Shown in pieces: positions 30,501 to 39,513 of a stretch of 64,000 nt of DNA. Under the pieces are notes generated by a model, which did no database searches, was not told the DNA's origin, and saw only the letters and a program-made list of their open reading frames with translations. Numbering within the stretch: the stretch's first letter is position 1; every line of letters begins with the position of its first letter. Source of the DNA: an uncultured Planctomycetota bacterium (GTDB lineage Bacteria; Planctomycetota; PLA2; JAEUHO01); contig CAVVXN010000005.1 of NCBI GenBank assembly GCA_963752285.1, positions 992,001 to 1,056,000 on the forward strand, given 5' to 3'. A program made the position numbers and the translations under genes.

Positions 30501-32264
30501 CGAGCGGCCGGCCGCGAGGAGCGAGCGCCGGCGACTCCTGAACTCCTCCGCGAACGCCGTGTCGGCGCACCGGGAGGCGTGGCCGAGCCCCGAGCGAAGG
30601 AGCGTCGTCCTCCGGCAGGCGATCGCCTCTTCCTGGAACGCGGGTGAGATCGCGCCCGTCGCCACGGCCTCGGGGGTGAAGAGGTAGGCGGTCCCCAGGA
30701 GGACGCCGATCGCGACGCCCCGCTCCACGAGGCCCGCGGCGAGCGTCTGCACCATGCCCGCGGAGGCCGCGTCGTGGATGCCGCCCGCGAAGAGCACCCG
30801 GACGGTCGCGAGGTCCACGCCCGCGTCGCAGAGACGGTCGATCGCGCTCTGCCACAGCACGAAGCTCGACCGCGGCCCGACGTGGCCGCCGCACTCGCGC
30901 CCCTCGAGGACGAAGCGGCGCGCGCCCTCCACGAGGAACGCCTCGAGCAGGCCGGGCGACGGGACGTGCAGGTACGTCTCGATGCCCTCGGCCTCGAGCG
31001 CCGCGGCCTGCGCGGGCCGCCCGCCGGCGACGATCGCGAAGCGTGGTCGGATCTCGCGCACGACCCGGAGCTGCTCCTCACGGAGCTGCGGCGGGACGAA
31101 GCCCAGGATCCCGACGCCCCACGGCGACGCGCCGAGCTGGGAACGGGCGCCCTCGAGCATTCGCCGTACGGCGTCCTCGCGCAGGAGGGCGAGCGCGAAG
31201 AACGGGAGCGCGCCGTGCTCGGCGACCGCGCGCGCGAAGGCGGGCACGTCGCTGACGCGCGTCATGGGCCCCTGGACGACCGGGTACCGGGTCCCGTGGA
31301 CGCGGGCGAGCGTCGCGTCGGGCGCCAAGGCGCGCTGGGCGGGCGCGCGGTCCAGATGGTGCCGCACCTCGGCGCGGTACCGCTCGAGGATCCGCCCGAG
31401 CGTGCCCGCGGTCTTCGCGAGGCGCGCCGCGAAGGCGACGCCCTGTCCCATCGGGACGGGCCCGCCGGACTCCGGCGGTCGCTCGCGCCAGCGGGCGAGG
31501 ACGGCGCGCACCGCCTCGAGCCCGCCGGGCTCCGCGACCTCGAGCGCGGCGACCGCGTCGCGGTCCTCGTGCCGGAACAGCCGGACCGCGGCCCCCTCTT
31601 CCGCGAGCAGGACCGTCTCGGTCCCGTCGAGGGCCTCGAGGCGCCGGCGCTCCCGCGCGTCGAACGGCGCCTCCCGCGCGAGCCAGGTCTCCTCCGAGAG
31701 GACCACGCCCTCCGCGCCCCCGAGCCGGAGCGCGGCCGCGACGTCGGGGCCCGTGGCGCCGCGGACGAGGTAGGGCAGGCCCAGCCGCTCTCCCACGGCC
31801 TGCACGAAGAGGAACGTCGAGAGCGCGCCCGCCCGCCCCCCGGCCTCCTGGCCGACCAGGACGACGGTGTCGGGACGGGCGTCCCGGGCCGCACGCGCCT
31901 GATCGGGGTCGTACGCCTCGACGTACACGCGATCGGCGAGACGCCGGGCCTGCCGCACCGCCTCCGCCACACGCGCGGGGTCGCCGGAGAGACCGGCCAG
32001 GAGGAGGACCGGGACCTTTCCGTCCGCGAGCCCCTGGAGCGCCTCGGGCATCCGCCCCGGCGCGTCCCAGACGTTCCACCGGACGCCCCACGCCCCGCCT
32101 TCCCTCGCGTGCCGCCGCAGGCGGTCGAGCTCGGCGCGCCGTCGATCGAGGGGGGCCGAGAGCCCGAGGTCGAGCAACCCGACCGCGCCCGCCCGGGCCG
32201 CCGCGATCGCGAGTCCCGCGTCGAGGCGATGCTCCGGCGTCAGGACGACCCAGGTCGTGGACAT
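24558..32264 (-). CDS. Type I PKS/Pfa-like synthase subunit 1: degenerate ER-ER(PfaD/FabK type)-KS-AT-ACP-KR
   Basis: ER: QGPMTRVSD, EGRECGGHVG, AGGIHD. KS: DAACSSS, EAHATGT, GHAKTAAG. AT: GHSYGE, AFHT. ACP: LGIDSIK. KR: TGGARGIT, YSAAN. Confidence 0.92.
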   Translation of the reverse strand: MSTTWVVLTPEHRLDAGLAIAAARAGAVGLLDLGLSAPLDRRRAELDRLRRHAREGGAWGVRWNVWDAPGRMPEALQGLADGKVPVLLLAGLSGDPARVAEAVRQARRLADRVYVEAYDPDQARAARDARPDTVVLVGQEAGGRAGALSTFLFVQAVGERLGLPYLVRGATGPDVAAALRLGGAEGVVLSEETWLAREAPFDARERRRLEALDGTETVLLAEEGAAVRLFRHEDRDAVAALEVAEPGGLEAVRAVLARWRERPPESGGPVPMGQGVAFAARLAKTAGTLGRILERYRAEVRHHLDRAPAQRALAPDATLARVHGTRYPVVQGPMTRVSDVPAFARAVAEHGALPFFALALLREDAVRRMLEGARSQLGASPWGVGILGFVPPQLREEQLRVVREIRPRFAIVAGGRPAQAAALEAEGIETYLHVPSPGLLEAFLVEGARRFVLEGRECGGHVGPRSSFVLWQSAIDRLCDAGVDLATVRVLFAGGIHDAASAGMVQTLAAGLVERGVAIGVLLGTAYLFTPEAVATGAISPAFQEEAIACRRTTLLRSGLGHASRCADTAFAEEFRSRRRSLLAAGRSAEDVRVDLEILNVGRLRVASKGLRRRGRADAEADDLASRAERLEGELERVDSSEQRREGMFMLGDVATLRDGRQSMAALHDAVSRGAVEWTHRHAVPLAVGARRRSGGERIAIVGMACCFPGAPDLASFWACVLRGADAVRDVPESRWSPSLFYDPDRRAPDRLYARRGAFLEPIRFDPLRYGIPPATVTHLEPVQLLALETARRALEDAGFDRHPFPRERTSVIFGSSGIHDLGISYVFRTMVEQLLLRTSSLGDDARRRAVESVRAALPPWTEDVFPGVLPNLIAGRIANRLDLMGANYVVDAACSSSLAALHAAVGQLRSRVADVVVVGAADGSNNAFTFMGFAKTQALTPGDVPRPFDAGADGIVLGEGVGAVVLKRLEDAERDGDDVYAVIRGIGTSSDGRNRSLTAPHPAGQVLALRRAYEDAGVDPATVELIEAHATGTAVGDAAEIESLQAVLGPGRPTCAIGSVKSQIGHAKTAAGLAGLVKTALALSHRTLPPTLHVERPNPRLLEAGSRVYANTERRPWIRDVRHPARRAGVSAFGFGGTNFHVVLEAYEDAFCPDATRDLAPRDAEVVSIGRPTREALAEAVARIEGETAGLPEGALARVAAAVHADERARDRDGPDAARLGVVASSLSDLRSALARAREALAAGAGLDEARGTWLSDAPPARAKEVAFLFPGQGAQRIGMLGDLVTTAGFDTSVFEEADHLLRDLLPVPLSAYVFPQPAWTKADRRRRREELEDTRVAQPALGAVELFALDVLATFGLRPAFTAGHSYGEYVALHAAGAYGRRDLLVVSALRGAAVHDVAAEGEGGMIAVAAGEDEVRAALAEEHLGLEIANLNAPRQTIVAGPRAAVDEGLTRLAARGLAARRVPVSAAFHTALVTEASKAILPELEKVAMRPPAVPVHSNVTAKPYPRDVVAMKELLGRHLSHPVRFVEQVRAMHDAGARVFVEAGPGGILSGFVRRILEGRPHVTLPLDLPGEPGGLVLARLLARAFAIGLEVDLAPLFTRRGFGSRGLSEVTREIREAERVRPTDVLVEPGGVSPVAPRAGEAARSAAPGASPADGPASAPKARAVVPAPARTPRAGGRDGESGDPPPMPEPDPSPAPPPSPTPAPIERPLGPEVRGARGDATLPLEVQRTIRDWIGLQREQQRVFERLIELQTRLLDGTPSGSVPPVRPPAEAGASGAEPAFLGVVPTPVLAPLEPLASPGSPEVGGGGADPSAPGPGAARGNDVSSDTPAASDTAGGARAVTGEAAAGEAPSVETFHQELLREVSRRTGYPEDLLLPDVPLEAGLGIDSIKLMEIFSALKRYHRYFADPDQDEEEVLAEFTRLKTIGAIVERYAHQREVVGADVPPSPADDGTNARAARASVAPAAPPSGAAPSGSATATTDTPSAATVASPPARPVERWVLESVEAALPPADLEPTTLGLAPDAGVLVLGDGPEAYGAIGSGLRSAGVPAWQVLPGRGFERLDERRFAVDLEDRAAVDRLRAVLADGGRRVGALVNLLGLDPRVRDATDEAGAGARILRQLLTVGQAFGPDLRASAEAGGALLLNVTALDGRFGLGGRRPLAVAQAASVGFFKALAKEWPGVRVKSIDVDPDADAEIVLTRLAAEAGATDDLVEVGLDRAGRWRLDLAAAGGHGNGSGAGNGTGNGNGHGDGDGHPGGDAGALAALPLDAESVVLVTGGARGITAEVLKRLAAASGALLVIVGRSPRPGPAAEPADLAGARDGAALRAALARRAAASGAPPRPEAIETEARRVLVEREVRANLAALEATGAAVEYHALDVRDDEAFGNLIDDVYARHGRIDGVIHAAGVVEDRRIEDKTAASCARVFDTKVRPALVLARRLDPERLRFLAFFSSVSGRFGNAGQADYSAANEVLNKLAADLDRRWPARVVAINWGPWDGGMLSDGLRRVYRERGIGLIDPADGSEAFLDEIRRTTERSPEVVWAVGAPALARGGTTPGRR

Positions 32265-32425
32265 CGGCGGTCCGCTAGACGCTCCCAAGTGCCTCCCTCG
32301 CCTGCCGGCCCCGGCGACCGAGTGTACCCGCCCCCCCGACCGGCCCGGGTTCAGGCGATGTCGGGGCGGCCTTCCCTTCGGGCCCGGCGGGCGCGGCGCG
32401 ATCATCCCCGGCTCGGGAGACCTCG

Positions 32426-35400
32426 ATGGACACGCGCGTAAGGCAGCGGAAGACCGACCGGATCGAGCAGGTCGTGGCCCAGCTCTCGGAGCGCTGGGAC
32501 GCAGCCGAGCGGGACCAGGTCGAGGCGTTCGTGCGCGCCTTCTACCGCGGCGTCCCGCCCGCCGACGTGGCCGACGCCTCGGCGGAGACCCTCTACGGGG
32601 CGGCGATCGCCGTCTGGCGCTTCTCGGAGCTGAGGGAGCCCGGCCACGCCAAGGTCCGGGTCTACACCCCCACCAGCGACGAGCACGGATGGGACTCGCC
32701 CCACACGGTCGTCGAGATCGTGAACGCCGACATGCCCTTCCTCGTGGACTCCGTTACCGCCGAGCTCCAGCACCTCGACGCGGAGGTGGCGCTCGTGATC
32801 CACCCCCTCCTCGACGTGGCCCGCGACGCCGAGGGCCACCGGGTCGCGATCGGCGAGGCGGCGATGGGCCACCCCGGCGTCCGCCGCGAGTCCTGGATGC
32901 AGATCCAGGTCCGGGCCCAGCCCCATTCCCAGCACGCGGAGATGGCCCGCGCCGTCGAGTCGGCCCTCGCGGACGTCCGCGCGGCGGTCGAGGACTGGGC
33001 GGAGATGCTCGAGCGGACCCACGCGCTGGCCGCGGAGCTCCGGTCGAAGGCCGGCGGCGACGGCGAGGCCGAGGACGCCGCGTTCCTCGAGTGGCTGACC
33101 GAGGACTTCTTCACCTTCCTCGGCTACCGGGAGTACGCCTTCACGCCCCAGGACGGAACGTGGCTCGGCACGGTCCTCGAGCCGACCGGGCTCGGCCTCC
33201 TGCGCGCGAGCGAGGCCCGCGTGTTCGACGGCCTGCTCGGGGGTGGGCTCGTCCCGCCCGACGTCGTCGCCTTCCTCGGCGAACCGGATCGCGTCAGGGT
33301 CACGAAGGCGAACCGGCGCTCCACGGTCCACCGTCCCGTGCTCCTCGACACGATCTCCGTGAAGCGACTCGACGACGAGGGGCGGGTGGTCGGGTGTCAC
33401 GTGCTCGTGGGCCTCTTCGCCTCGCGCGCGTACGCGGCGAGCCCGTGGAACGTGCCGATCCTCCGGCAGAAGGTCGGACGGGTCCTCGCGCGGGCCAACG
33501 TCCCGCCCGACACGCACGACGGGCGCGCGCTGCTCCACATCCTCACGTCGTTCCCGCGCGACGAGCTGTTCCAGATCACGGAGTCCGAGCTCGAGGCGGC
33601 GGCGTTCGGGATCCTCGACCTGCAGGAGCGTCCGCGCATCGCGCTCTTCGCGCGCGCAGACCCGTTCGAACGGTTCGTCTCGTGCCTCGTCTTCGCGCCG
33701 CGCGAGCGGTACGACACGGCGCTCCGGCTGCGCTTCCAGGACGTCCTCACGACCGCGTGGCGCGGGCACATCGCCTCGTACCACACCCAGCTCGACGACT
33801 CGCCCCTGGTCCGCCTGCACTTCACGATCGAGACCACGCCGGGCCAGGTCCCCGTCACCGACGTCACCGAGGTGGAGGACCTCCTCGTCGAGGCGGGGCG
33901 CTCGTGGGGCGACCGCCTCCAGTCCGCGCTCGTCGAGGTGCGCGGCGAGGAGCAGGGCATCCGCTGGTTCCGGCGCTACGGCCAGGCCTTCCCGGCGGCG
34001 TACCGCGAGACGTTTCACGCGCACGAGGCGGTGGCCGACGTCGCACACGTGGAGGCCGCGCTCGCGAACGGCGGGCTCGCGCTGAACCTCTACCGCCCGC
34101 TCGAGGCGCCGGAGCACCTGCTCCACTTCAAGATCTACGCGCTCGGCGCGCCGCTGCCGCTCTCCAACGTGCTGCCCATGCTCGAGAACATGGGGTTCCT
34201 CGTGCTGGGCGAGGAGCCGTACCGCCTCCGCCCGACCGACCTCGACCGGCCCTTCTGGATTCGCGACCTCGTGCTCGAGACGGCGGCTCCGGGGTCGGTG
34301 GACCTCGACCGCGTGCGCGGTCCCTTCCACGAGGCGTTCGCGCAGCTCTGGAAGGGCGAGCTCGAGAACGACGGCTTCAACCGCCTGGTCCTCCTGGCGG
34401 GTCTCTCCGCGCGCGAGGTGACGGTGCTCCGCGCGTACTGCAAGTACCTCCGCCAGGCGCGAATGCCCTTCAGCCAGGCGTACGTGGAGCAGACCCTCTC
34501 CAGCGAGCCCGAGATCGCGAAGCGGCTCGTGGACCTGTTCTACGCGCGACTCGACCCGGAACGACGGGACGGCGGCGCGACCGAGGAGGGCGAGATCGTC
34601 GAGGAGGTACGCCGCCTCCTCGACCGCGTCTCGAACCTCGACATGGACCGCATCATCCGGCGCTATCTCGAGACGATCGGCGCCACCCTGCGGACGAACT
34701 ACTTCCAGCCCGACGCGAGCGGGGCGCCGAAGGCCTACCTTTCGTTCAAGCTCGACTCCCGCCGCATCACGAGTCTCCCGCAGCCGCGCCCGTACCGCGA
34801 GATCTTCGTGTACAGCCCGCGCGTGGAGGCCGTCCACCTGCGGGGCGGCAAGGTGGCGCGCGGCGGGATCCGATGGAGCGACCGTCCCGAGGACTTCCGC
34901 ACGGAGGTGCTCGGCCTCATGAAGGCGCAGATGGTGAAGAACGCCGTCATCGTCCCGGTCGGGTCGAAGGGCGGGTTCTTCGTCAAGCGCCCGCCGGCTC
35001 CCGACGCGGGACGCGAGGCGCTCACCGAGGAGGTGGTCGCCTGCTACCGCACGCTGATGCGCGGCCTCCTCGACCTGACCGACAACCTCGAGGGCGCGGC
35101 CGTACGACCGCCCCTCCACGTCGTCCGGCACGACGAGGACGACCCGTACCTCGTCGTGGCCGCCGACAAGGGGACGGCGACGTTCAGCGACATCGCGAAC
35201 GGGATCTCGTCGGACTACGGGTTCTGGCTCGACGACGCGTTCGCTTCGGGCGGGTCGGCCGGCTACGACCACAAGAAGATGGGCATCACGGCGCGGGGCG
35301 CCTGGGAGTGCGTGCGGCGGCACTTCCGCGAGATGGGCAAGGACATCCAGTCCGAGGACTTCACGGTCGTCGGCGTGGGCGACATGTCGGGCGACGTGTT

Positions 35401-37255
35401 CGGCAACGGGATGCTCCTCTCCGAGCACATCCGGTTGCTCGGCGCGTTCGACCACCGACACGTCTTCGTGGACCCCGATCCCGACCCGGCGGCCTCCCTC
35501 GCCGAACGGCGCCGCCTCTTCGACCTCCCCCGCTCCTCGTGGGAGGACTACGACCGGTCCCGGATCTCGCGCGGCGGCGGGGTGTTCGAGCGGTCCGCGA
35601 AGTCGGTCCCCGTGTCTGCCGAGATGCGCGCGTGCTTCGACATCCAGGCCGACACGGTGACGCCGGCCGAGCTGATGCACGCCCTCCTCGGGGCCGACGT
35701 CGAGCTCCTCTGGCTCGGCGGCATCGGCACCTACGTGAAGTCCACCTCCGAGAGCCACGCCGACGCCGGCGACCGCGCGAACGACGCGATCCGCATCGAC
35801 GCGACGGAGCTCCGCGTCAAGGTCGTCGGCGAGGGCGCGAACCTCGGCCTCACCCAGCGGGGCCGGATCCAGGCGGCGCTCGGAGGGGTCCGGCTGAACA
35901 CGGACGCGCTCGACAACTCGGCCGGCGTGGACTGCTCGGACCACGAGGTGAACATCAAGATCCTGCTGGGCGAGGTCGAGCGGGCCGGCGAGATCACGCG
36001 CACGCAGCGCGACCACCTGCTCCACGAGATGACCGACGAGGTCGGCGAGCTGGTGCTGCGCGACAACGACCTCCAGTCCCAGGCCCTGAGCGTGGCCCAG
36101 CAGAAGGGCGTCGCCGGGCTCGACCCCGTGGGTCGGTTCATGCGCGCGCTCGAGAAGGAGGGCCGCCTCGACCGGGCGCTCGAGTTCCTGCCGAGCGACG
36201 AGACGCTCGCGGAGCGCCTGAAGAACCGCGTGGGCCTGACGAGACCCGAGCTCGCCGTGCTCCTCGCCTACGCGAAGATCGTGCTCTACGACGAGCTCCT
36301 CGCCTCGTCCCTGCCCGACGACCCGTGGATGGCCGAGGAGCTCGCGCACTACTTCCCACGGCCGCTCCGGGAGGCGCACGGCGCCGCGATCCCGCGACAC
36401 CGTCTCCGCCGCGAGATCGTGGCGACGGTGGTGACGAACGCGATGCTCAACCGCGTGGACCTGACGTTCGTCCACGACGCGAAGGAGAAGACGGGTCTCC
36501 CGGCCGCGGACGTGGCACGCGCGTGGCTCGCGGCCCGGGACGTCTTCGACCTGCCCGCCGTCTGGCGCCAGATCGAGGACCCCGAGATGGCGATCCCCGC
36601 CGCGGTCCAGGCCGAGATGCTCGCCGAGACCTCCCGCCTCCTCGAGCACGCGGTGCTCTGGATGGCCCAAAACCTCCCCCGCCCGCTCGACGTGCCGGCC
36701 ACCGTGGCCTCGTACGGCGCGGGCGTGCGCGAGCTCTCGGACCACCTGGACGCGCTCCTTCCGGAGTCGCACCGGCACGACCGCGACCTCCGCGCGATCC
36801 GGTACGTCGAGCGCGGCGCGCCGCGGGGCCTCGCCGAGCGCGTCGCCGGCCTCGAGGCCCTCGAGCCCGCGTGCGACGTCGTGCGCATCGCCGCGGCCGC
36901 CGAGGTCAGCGTCCAGCGCGCGGCCGAGGTCTACTACGCGGTCGGCGAGGCGTTCGGCTTCGACTGGCTTCACCGGGTCGCCGCCCGCCTGCCCGCGGAC
37001 TCCTCGTGGGAGAAGCTCGCGGTCCTCGCGCTCGGCGACGACCTCTACGCGCACCAGGGCGCGCTGACCACGAGCGTGCTGCTCGTGCCCCCCGACGACC
37101 TGCCCCCCGCCGAGGCCATCCGGCGCTGGACGGAGGGCCGGGAGGCGATCGTCGAGCGCACGAGGCGGCTCCTGCAGGAGCTCGAGACCGCGGCGCGGCC
37201 CGACCTCGCGATGGTCGCGGTCGCCGCGCGTCACCTCAAGGGGATGGCGGGCTGA
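32426..37255 (+). CDS. gdhB: Large NAD-specific glutamate dehydrogenase
   Basis: DMPFLVDS, HLRGGKVARGGIRWSDR, KAQMVKNAVIVP, VVAADKGTATFSD, GYDHK, DCSDHEVNIKI; 1609 aa. Confidence 0.96.
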   Translation: MDTRVRQRKTDRIEQVVAQLSERWDAAERDQVEAFVRAFYRGVPPADVADASAETLYGAAIAVWRFSELREPGHAKVRVYTPTSDEHGWDSPHTVVEIVNADMPFLVDSVTAELQHLDAEVALVIHPLLDVARDAEGHRVAIGEAAMGHPGVRRESWMQIQVRAQPHSQHAEMARAVESALADVRAAVEDWAEMLERTHALAAELRSKAGGDGEAEDAAFLEWLTEDFFTFLGYREYAFTPQDGTWLGTVLEPTGLGLLRASEARVFDGLLGGGLVPPDVVAFLGEPDRVRVTKANRRSTVHRPVLLDTISVKRLDDEGRVVGCHVLVGLFASRAYAASPWNVPILRQKVGRVLARANVPPDTHDGRALLHILTSFPRDELFQITESELEAAAFGILDLQERPRIALFARADPFERFVSCLVFAPRERYDTALRLRFQDVLTTAWRGHIASYHTQLDDSPLVRLHFTIETTPGQVPVTDVTEVEDLLVEAGRSWGDRLQSALVEVRGEEQGIRWFRRYGQAFPAAYRETFHAHEAVADVAHVEAALANGGLALNLYRPLEAPEHLLHFKIYALGAPLPLSNVLPMLENMGFLVLGEEPYRLRPTDLDRPFWIRDLVLETAAPGSVDLDRVRGPFHEAFAQLWKGELENDGFNRLVLLAGLSAREVTVLRAYCKYLRQARMPFSQAYVEQTLSSEPEIAKRLVDLFYARLDPERRDGGATEEGEIVEEVRRLLDRVSNLDMDRIIRRYLETIGATLRTNYFQPDASGAPKAYLSFKLDSRRITSLPQPRPYREIFVYSPRVEAVHLRGGKVARGGIRWSDRPEDFRTEVLGLMKAQMVKNAVIVPVGSKGGFFVKRPPAPDAGREALTEEVVACYRTLMRGLLDLTDNLEGAAVRPPLHVVRHDEDDPYLVVAADKGTATFSDIANGISSDYGFWLDDAFASGGSAGYDHKKMGITARGAWECVRRHFREMGKDIQSEDFTVVGVGDMSGDVFGNGMLLSEHIRLLGAFDHRHVFVDPDPDPAASLAERRRLFDLPRSSWEDYDRSRISRGGGVFERSAKSVPVSAEMRACFDIQADTVTPAELMHALLGADVELLWLGGIGTYVKSTSESHADAGDRANDAIRIDATELRVKVVGEGANLGLTQRGRIQAALGGVRLNTDALDNSAGVDCSDHEVNIKILLGEVERAGEITRTQRDHLLHEMTDEVGELVLRDNDLQSQALSVAQQKGVAGLDPVGRFMRALEKEGRLDRALEFLPSDETLAERLKNRVGLTRPELAVLLAYAKIVLYDELLASSLPDDPWMAEELAHYFPRPLREAHGAAIPRHRLRREIVATVVTNAMLNRVDLTFVHDAKEKTGLPAADVARAWLAARDVFDLPAVWRQIEDPEMAIPAAVQAEMLAETSRLLEHAVLWMAQNLPRPLDVPATVASYGAGVRELSDHLDALLPESHRHDRDLRAIRYVERGAPRGLAERVAGLEALEPACDVVRIAAAAEVSVQRAAEVYYAVGEAFGFDWLHRVAARLPADSSWEKLAVLALGDDLYAHQGALTTSVLLVPPDDLPPAEAIRRWTEGREAIVERTRRLLQELETAARPDLAMVAVAARHLKGMAG

Positions 37256-37808
37256 CGCCGCGCGCCGCCGGTTTCCTCCGGCGGCGCGCGCGGAGCCCGT
37301 GGAGCACGACGAGAGCGACGCCGACGGGGACCCAGATCCCCGCCAGCTCCGTCCCGAACACGTGCATCCCCCGGGCCGTGAAGAACCCGGACACCGAGAG
37401 CGGCGCGACCGGGATCGGCCGCCACGCGAAGAAGGAGCGGGCGCGCGAGAAGGGCGCGAGGAACGCGATCCCGCTCCCGCCGTCGGTCATCGCGTCGAGC
37501 GCGCCGTGGGTCGCGATCGCCAGGACGAGTGCCAGGGCCGCGCGGGCCCGCGACGGCCGGGGGCGGGGTCGGAGGAGGAGCGCCGTCGCGACGCCGACGA
37601 CGACGGCGAACGCGATCGAGTGCGTGAGCCCGCGGTGCGAGAGGAGGTCGCCGCGGCGCGCGTGGAGCGCGCGCATCAGGAGCACGTCCGCGTCGGGCAG
37701 CGCCGCCCACGCGGCGCCGAGGAGGAGGAGCCGGGGCGCGGCCCGCCGGCCCGCGACGACGTCCACGGTCGCGAGGCCCACCAGCGCGTGCGTCGGGATG
37801 GTGGCCAC
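37236..37808 (-). CDS. Membrane-bound metal-dependent hydrolase (YdjM-like)
   Basis: THAL, LPDAD, HRGLTHS, HGALDAMTDGG motifs. Confidence 0.88.
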   Translation of the reverse strand: MATIPTHALVGLATVDVVAGRRAAPRLLLLGAAWAALPDADVLLMRALHARRGDLLSHRGLTHSIAFAVVVGVATALLLRPRPRPSRARAALALVLAIATHGALDAMTDGGSGIAFLAPFSRARSFFAWRPIPVAPLSVSGFFTARGMHVFGTELAGIWVPVGVALVVLHGLRARRRRKPAARGVSPPSP

Positions 37809-37905
37809 GTGCGGAGGCTACGCACGCGTCCGGGGCAGGGCGCGCGCCGATCCCCCGCCACGCGGGGCTCCCCCCGGTCGCCGCGCGGGCCCGCGCGCTC
37901 CGGCG

Positions 37906-39513
37906 CTACTGCTCGCCCTTGCAGGGCGGCGGCGCGAGGCCGTTCGCGCGGGGCGCCGCCGCGCCGTACGGCGTCGTGTAGACCTCGCCCTCCTCGTTCG
38001 ACGCGTCGTGCCAGATCCGGTCGCGGAGCGCCTGCATCGCGGCGCAGAGGCAGGGGTCGAAGACCTGGTCCGGGGGGATCCGTCCGGTCCCCTTGCCGAG
38101 GTCCTCCTTCTCGCCCGGGTCGAACCAGAGGTCGTACGCCTCCTCGCGGACCTGACCCGTCGCGAGGTCGAACGTGGCGATGTACTTCCAGCGGGCCGTC
38201 CGGGCGGAGAGACGGACCGCGTCCACGTCCTCGCCGGTGTTCACCTGCGTGAGGCGCTCCTCCGAGATCACGGGGCGGCACCACGTGCTGCCGTCGAGCA
38301 CGGACATCGCGGAGCGTCCCTGGATGCCCTCGAGCGGCGCGAGCCCCGCCCACGCGAAGTACGTCGGGAGGACGTCCACGAGCCCCACCTCGGCCCGGAC
38401 CACGTGGCCGCCCTGGAACGGCGGCGGCCCGACCATGACGAGCGGCACGCGCACCACCTCGTCGTACAGGAACAGTCCGTGCGCCAGGTTTCCATGCTCG
38501 CCGAACGCCTCGCCGTGGTCGGCCGTGACCACGACGAGCGTGTTCTCGAGCAGGCCCTGCTTCTCGAGCGACTCGTACGCGCGCTCGAGCTGGCCGTCCA
38601 CCCAGGTGACGCCGTCGAAGTACGCGGTCCGGAGCTCCGTGGCGAGCTCCGGCTTGGGGTCCTTGCCGTAGCCGCTGTACTTGTAGCGCTGGAGGACCTC
38701 GCCGAGCGCGGGTCCCCCGCGCGCCAGGGTGAGCGCATAGCTCTCCTCGGCGTCGAGGGAGCAGGCGCGGAAGAGGTCGGCCGGCGACGCGTCGTCCCGG
38801 AACAGCTCCGGGTGCCGCTCGACGGGGTGGATCGACCCGTTCGGCCAGGGGTGGTTCTTCTCCCCGTACGGATCGTGCGCCTCGTACGTGTGGAGCAGGA
38901 GGAAGAACGGCTTCGACCGGTCCCGCGTCCGGCTCCACCGCGCCACGGCGCCTGCGGTGTCGGGGAACGAGAAGGTCGTCCGCTTGTGCCGGAACCCCTG
39001 GAGCAGGCTGTCGCCGCTGCGCTGGAACCACGTCCCGTTGACGAACGCCGCGGTGTCGTATCCGTAGCCGTTCGAGAGGATCTCCGCGAACGTCGTGATC
39101 GCCTCGGGGAGGTTCCAGTCGGCGAGCACCTGGTACTGTCCGTGCTCGCTCGGGAGGAGCCCCGTGAGGAGGCTGGTCATCGACGGGAGGGTCCACGGCG
39201 CCGCGGCGGTCGCGCTCGTGAACCGGACCCCCCGCTCCGCCAGGGACGCGAGGAACGGCATGTGGCCCTCGCCGCCCGCCGTCTCCTCCACCGCGGGGAG
39301 CGCGTCGGCCCGGAGCGCGTCGATCACGATCACGATCAGGTTCGGCGGGTGCTTCGGCGCGGTCACCCCCTCGACGCGCCGGCCCTCCTGGTCGTAGGCG
39401 TGCCCCCCGGGGGCGGGCGTCCGGCGGCCACAGCCGAACGTGAGCGCCACCAGGAGGAGCGCGGCGCGCGCGGTCCGGGTCCCGATCGTGAACCGTGCGG
39501 TCCGGTCCGGCAC
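37906..39513 (-). CDS. Sulfatase-like lipoprotein, paralog A
   Basis: PNLIVIVIDALRAD, WTLPSMTSLLTG, HTYEAHDPY, TADHGEAFGEH, YDL..DP.E; TFGC lipobox; GGAGG RBS. Confidence 0.88.
   Translation of the reverse strand: MPDRTARFTIGTRTARAALLLVALTFGCGRRTPAPGGHAYDQEGRRVEGVTAPKHPPNLIVIVIDALRADALPAVEETAGGEGHMPFLASLAERGVRFTSATAAAPWTLPSMTSLLTGLLPSEHGQYQVLADWNLPEAITTFAEILSNGYGYDTAAFVNGTWFQRSGDSLLQGFRHKRTTFSFPDTAGAVARWSRTRDRSKPFFLLLHTYEAHDPYGEKNHPWPNGSIHPVERHPELFRDDASPADLFRACSLDAEESYALTLARGGPALGEVLQRYKYSGYGKDPKPELATELRTAYFDGVTWVDGQLERAYESLEKQGLLENTLVVVTADHGEAFGEHGNLAHGLFLYDEVVRVPLVMVGPPPFQGGHVVRAEVGLVDVLPTYFAWAGLAPLEGIQGRSAMSVLDGSTWCRPVISEERLTQVNTGEDVDAVRLSARTARWKYIATFDLATGQVREEAYDLWFDPGEKEDLGKGTGRIPPDQVFDPCLCAAMQALRDRIWHDASNEEGEVYTTPYGAAAPRANGLAPPPCKGEQ

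Noticed and set aside
19783..32264. Enediyne PKS (C-terminal PPTase; hotdog thioesterase in the window)
   Set aside because: PKSE is a single KS-AT-ACP-KR-DH-PPT chain without ER and with adjacent cassette genes. Here there are two KS subunits, an ER, and the thioesterase is about 19 kb away.
19783..32264. Canonical EPA/DHA pfa cluster
   Set aside because: Only one ACP, and no KS-CLF pair or FabA-type DH tandem was recognised.
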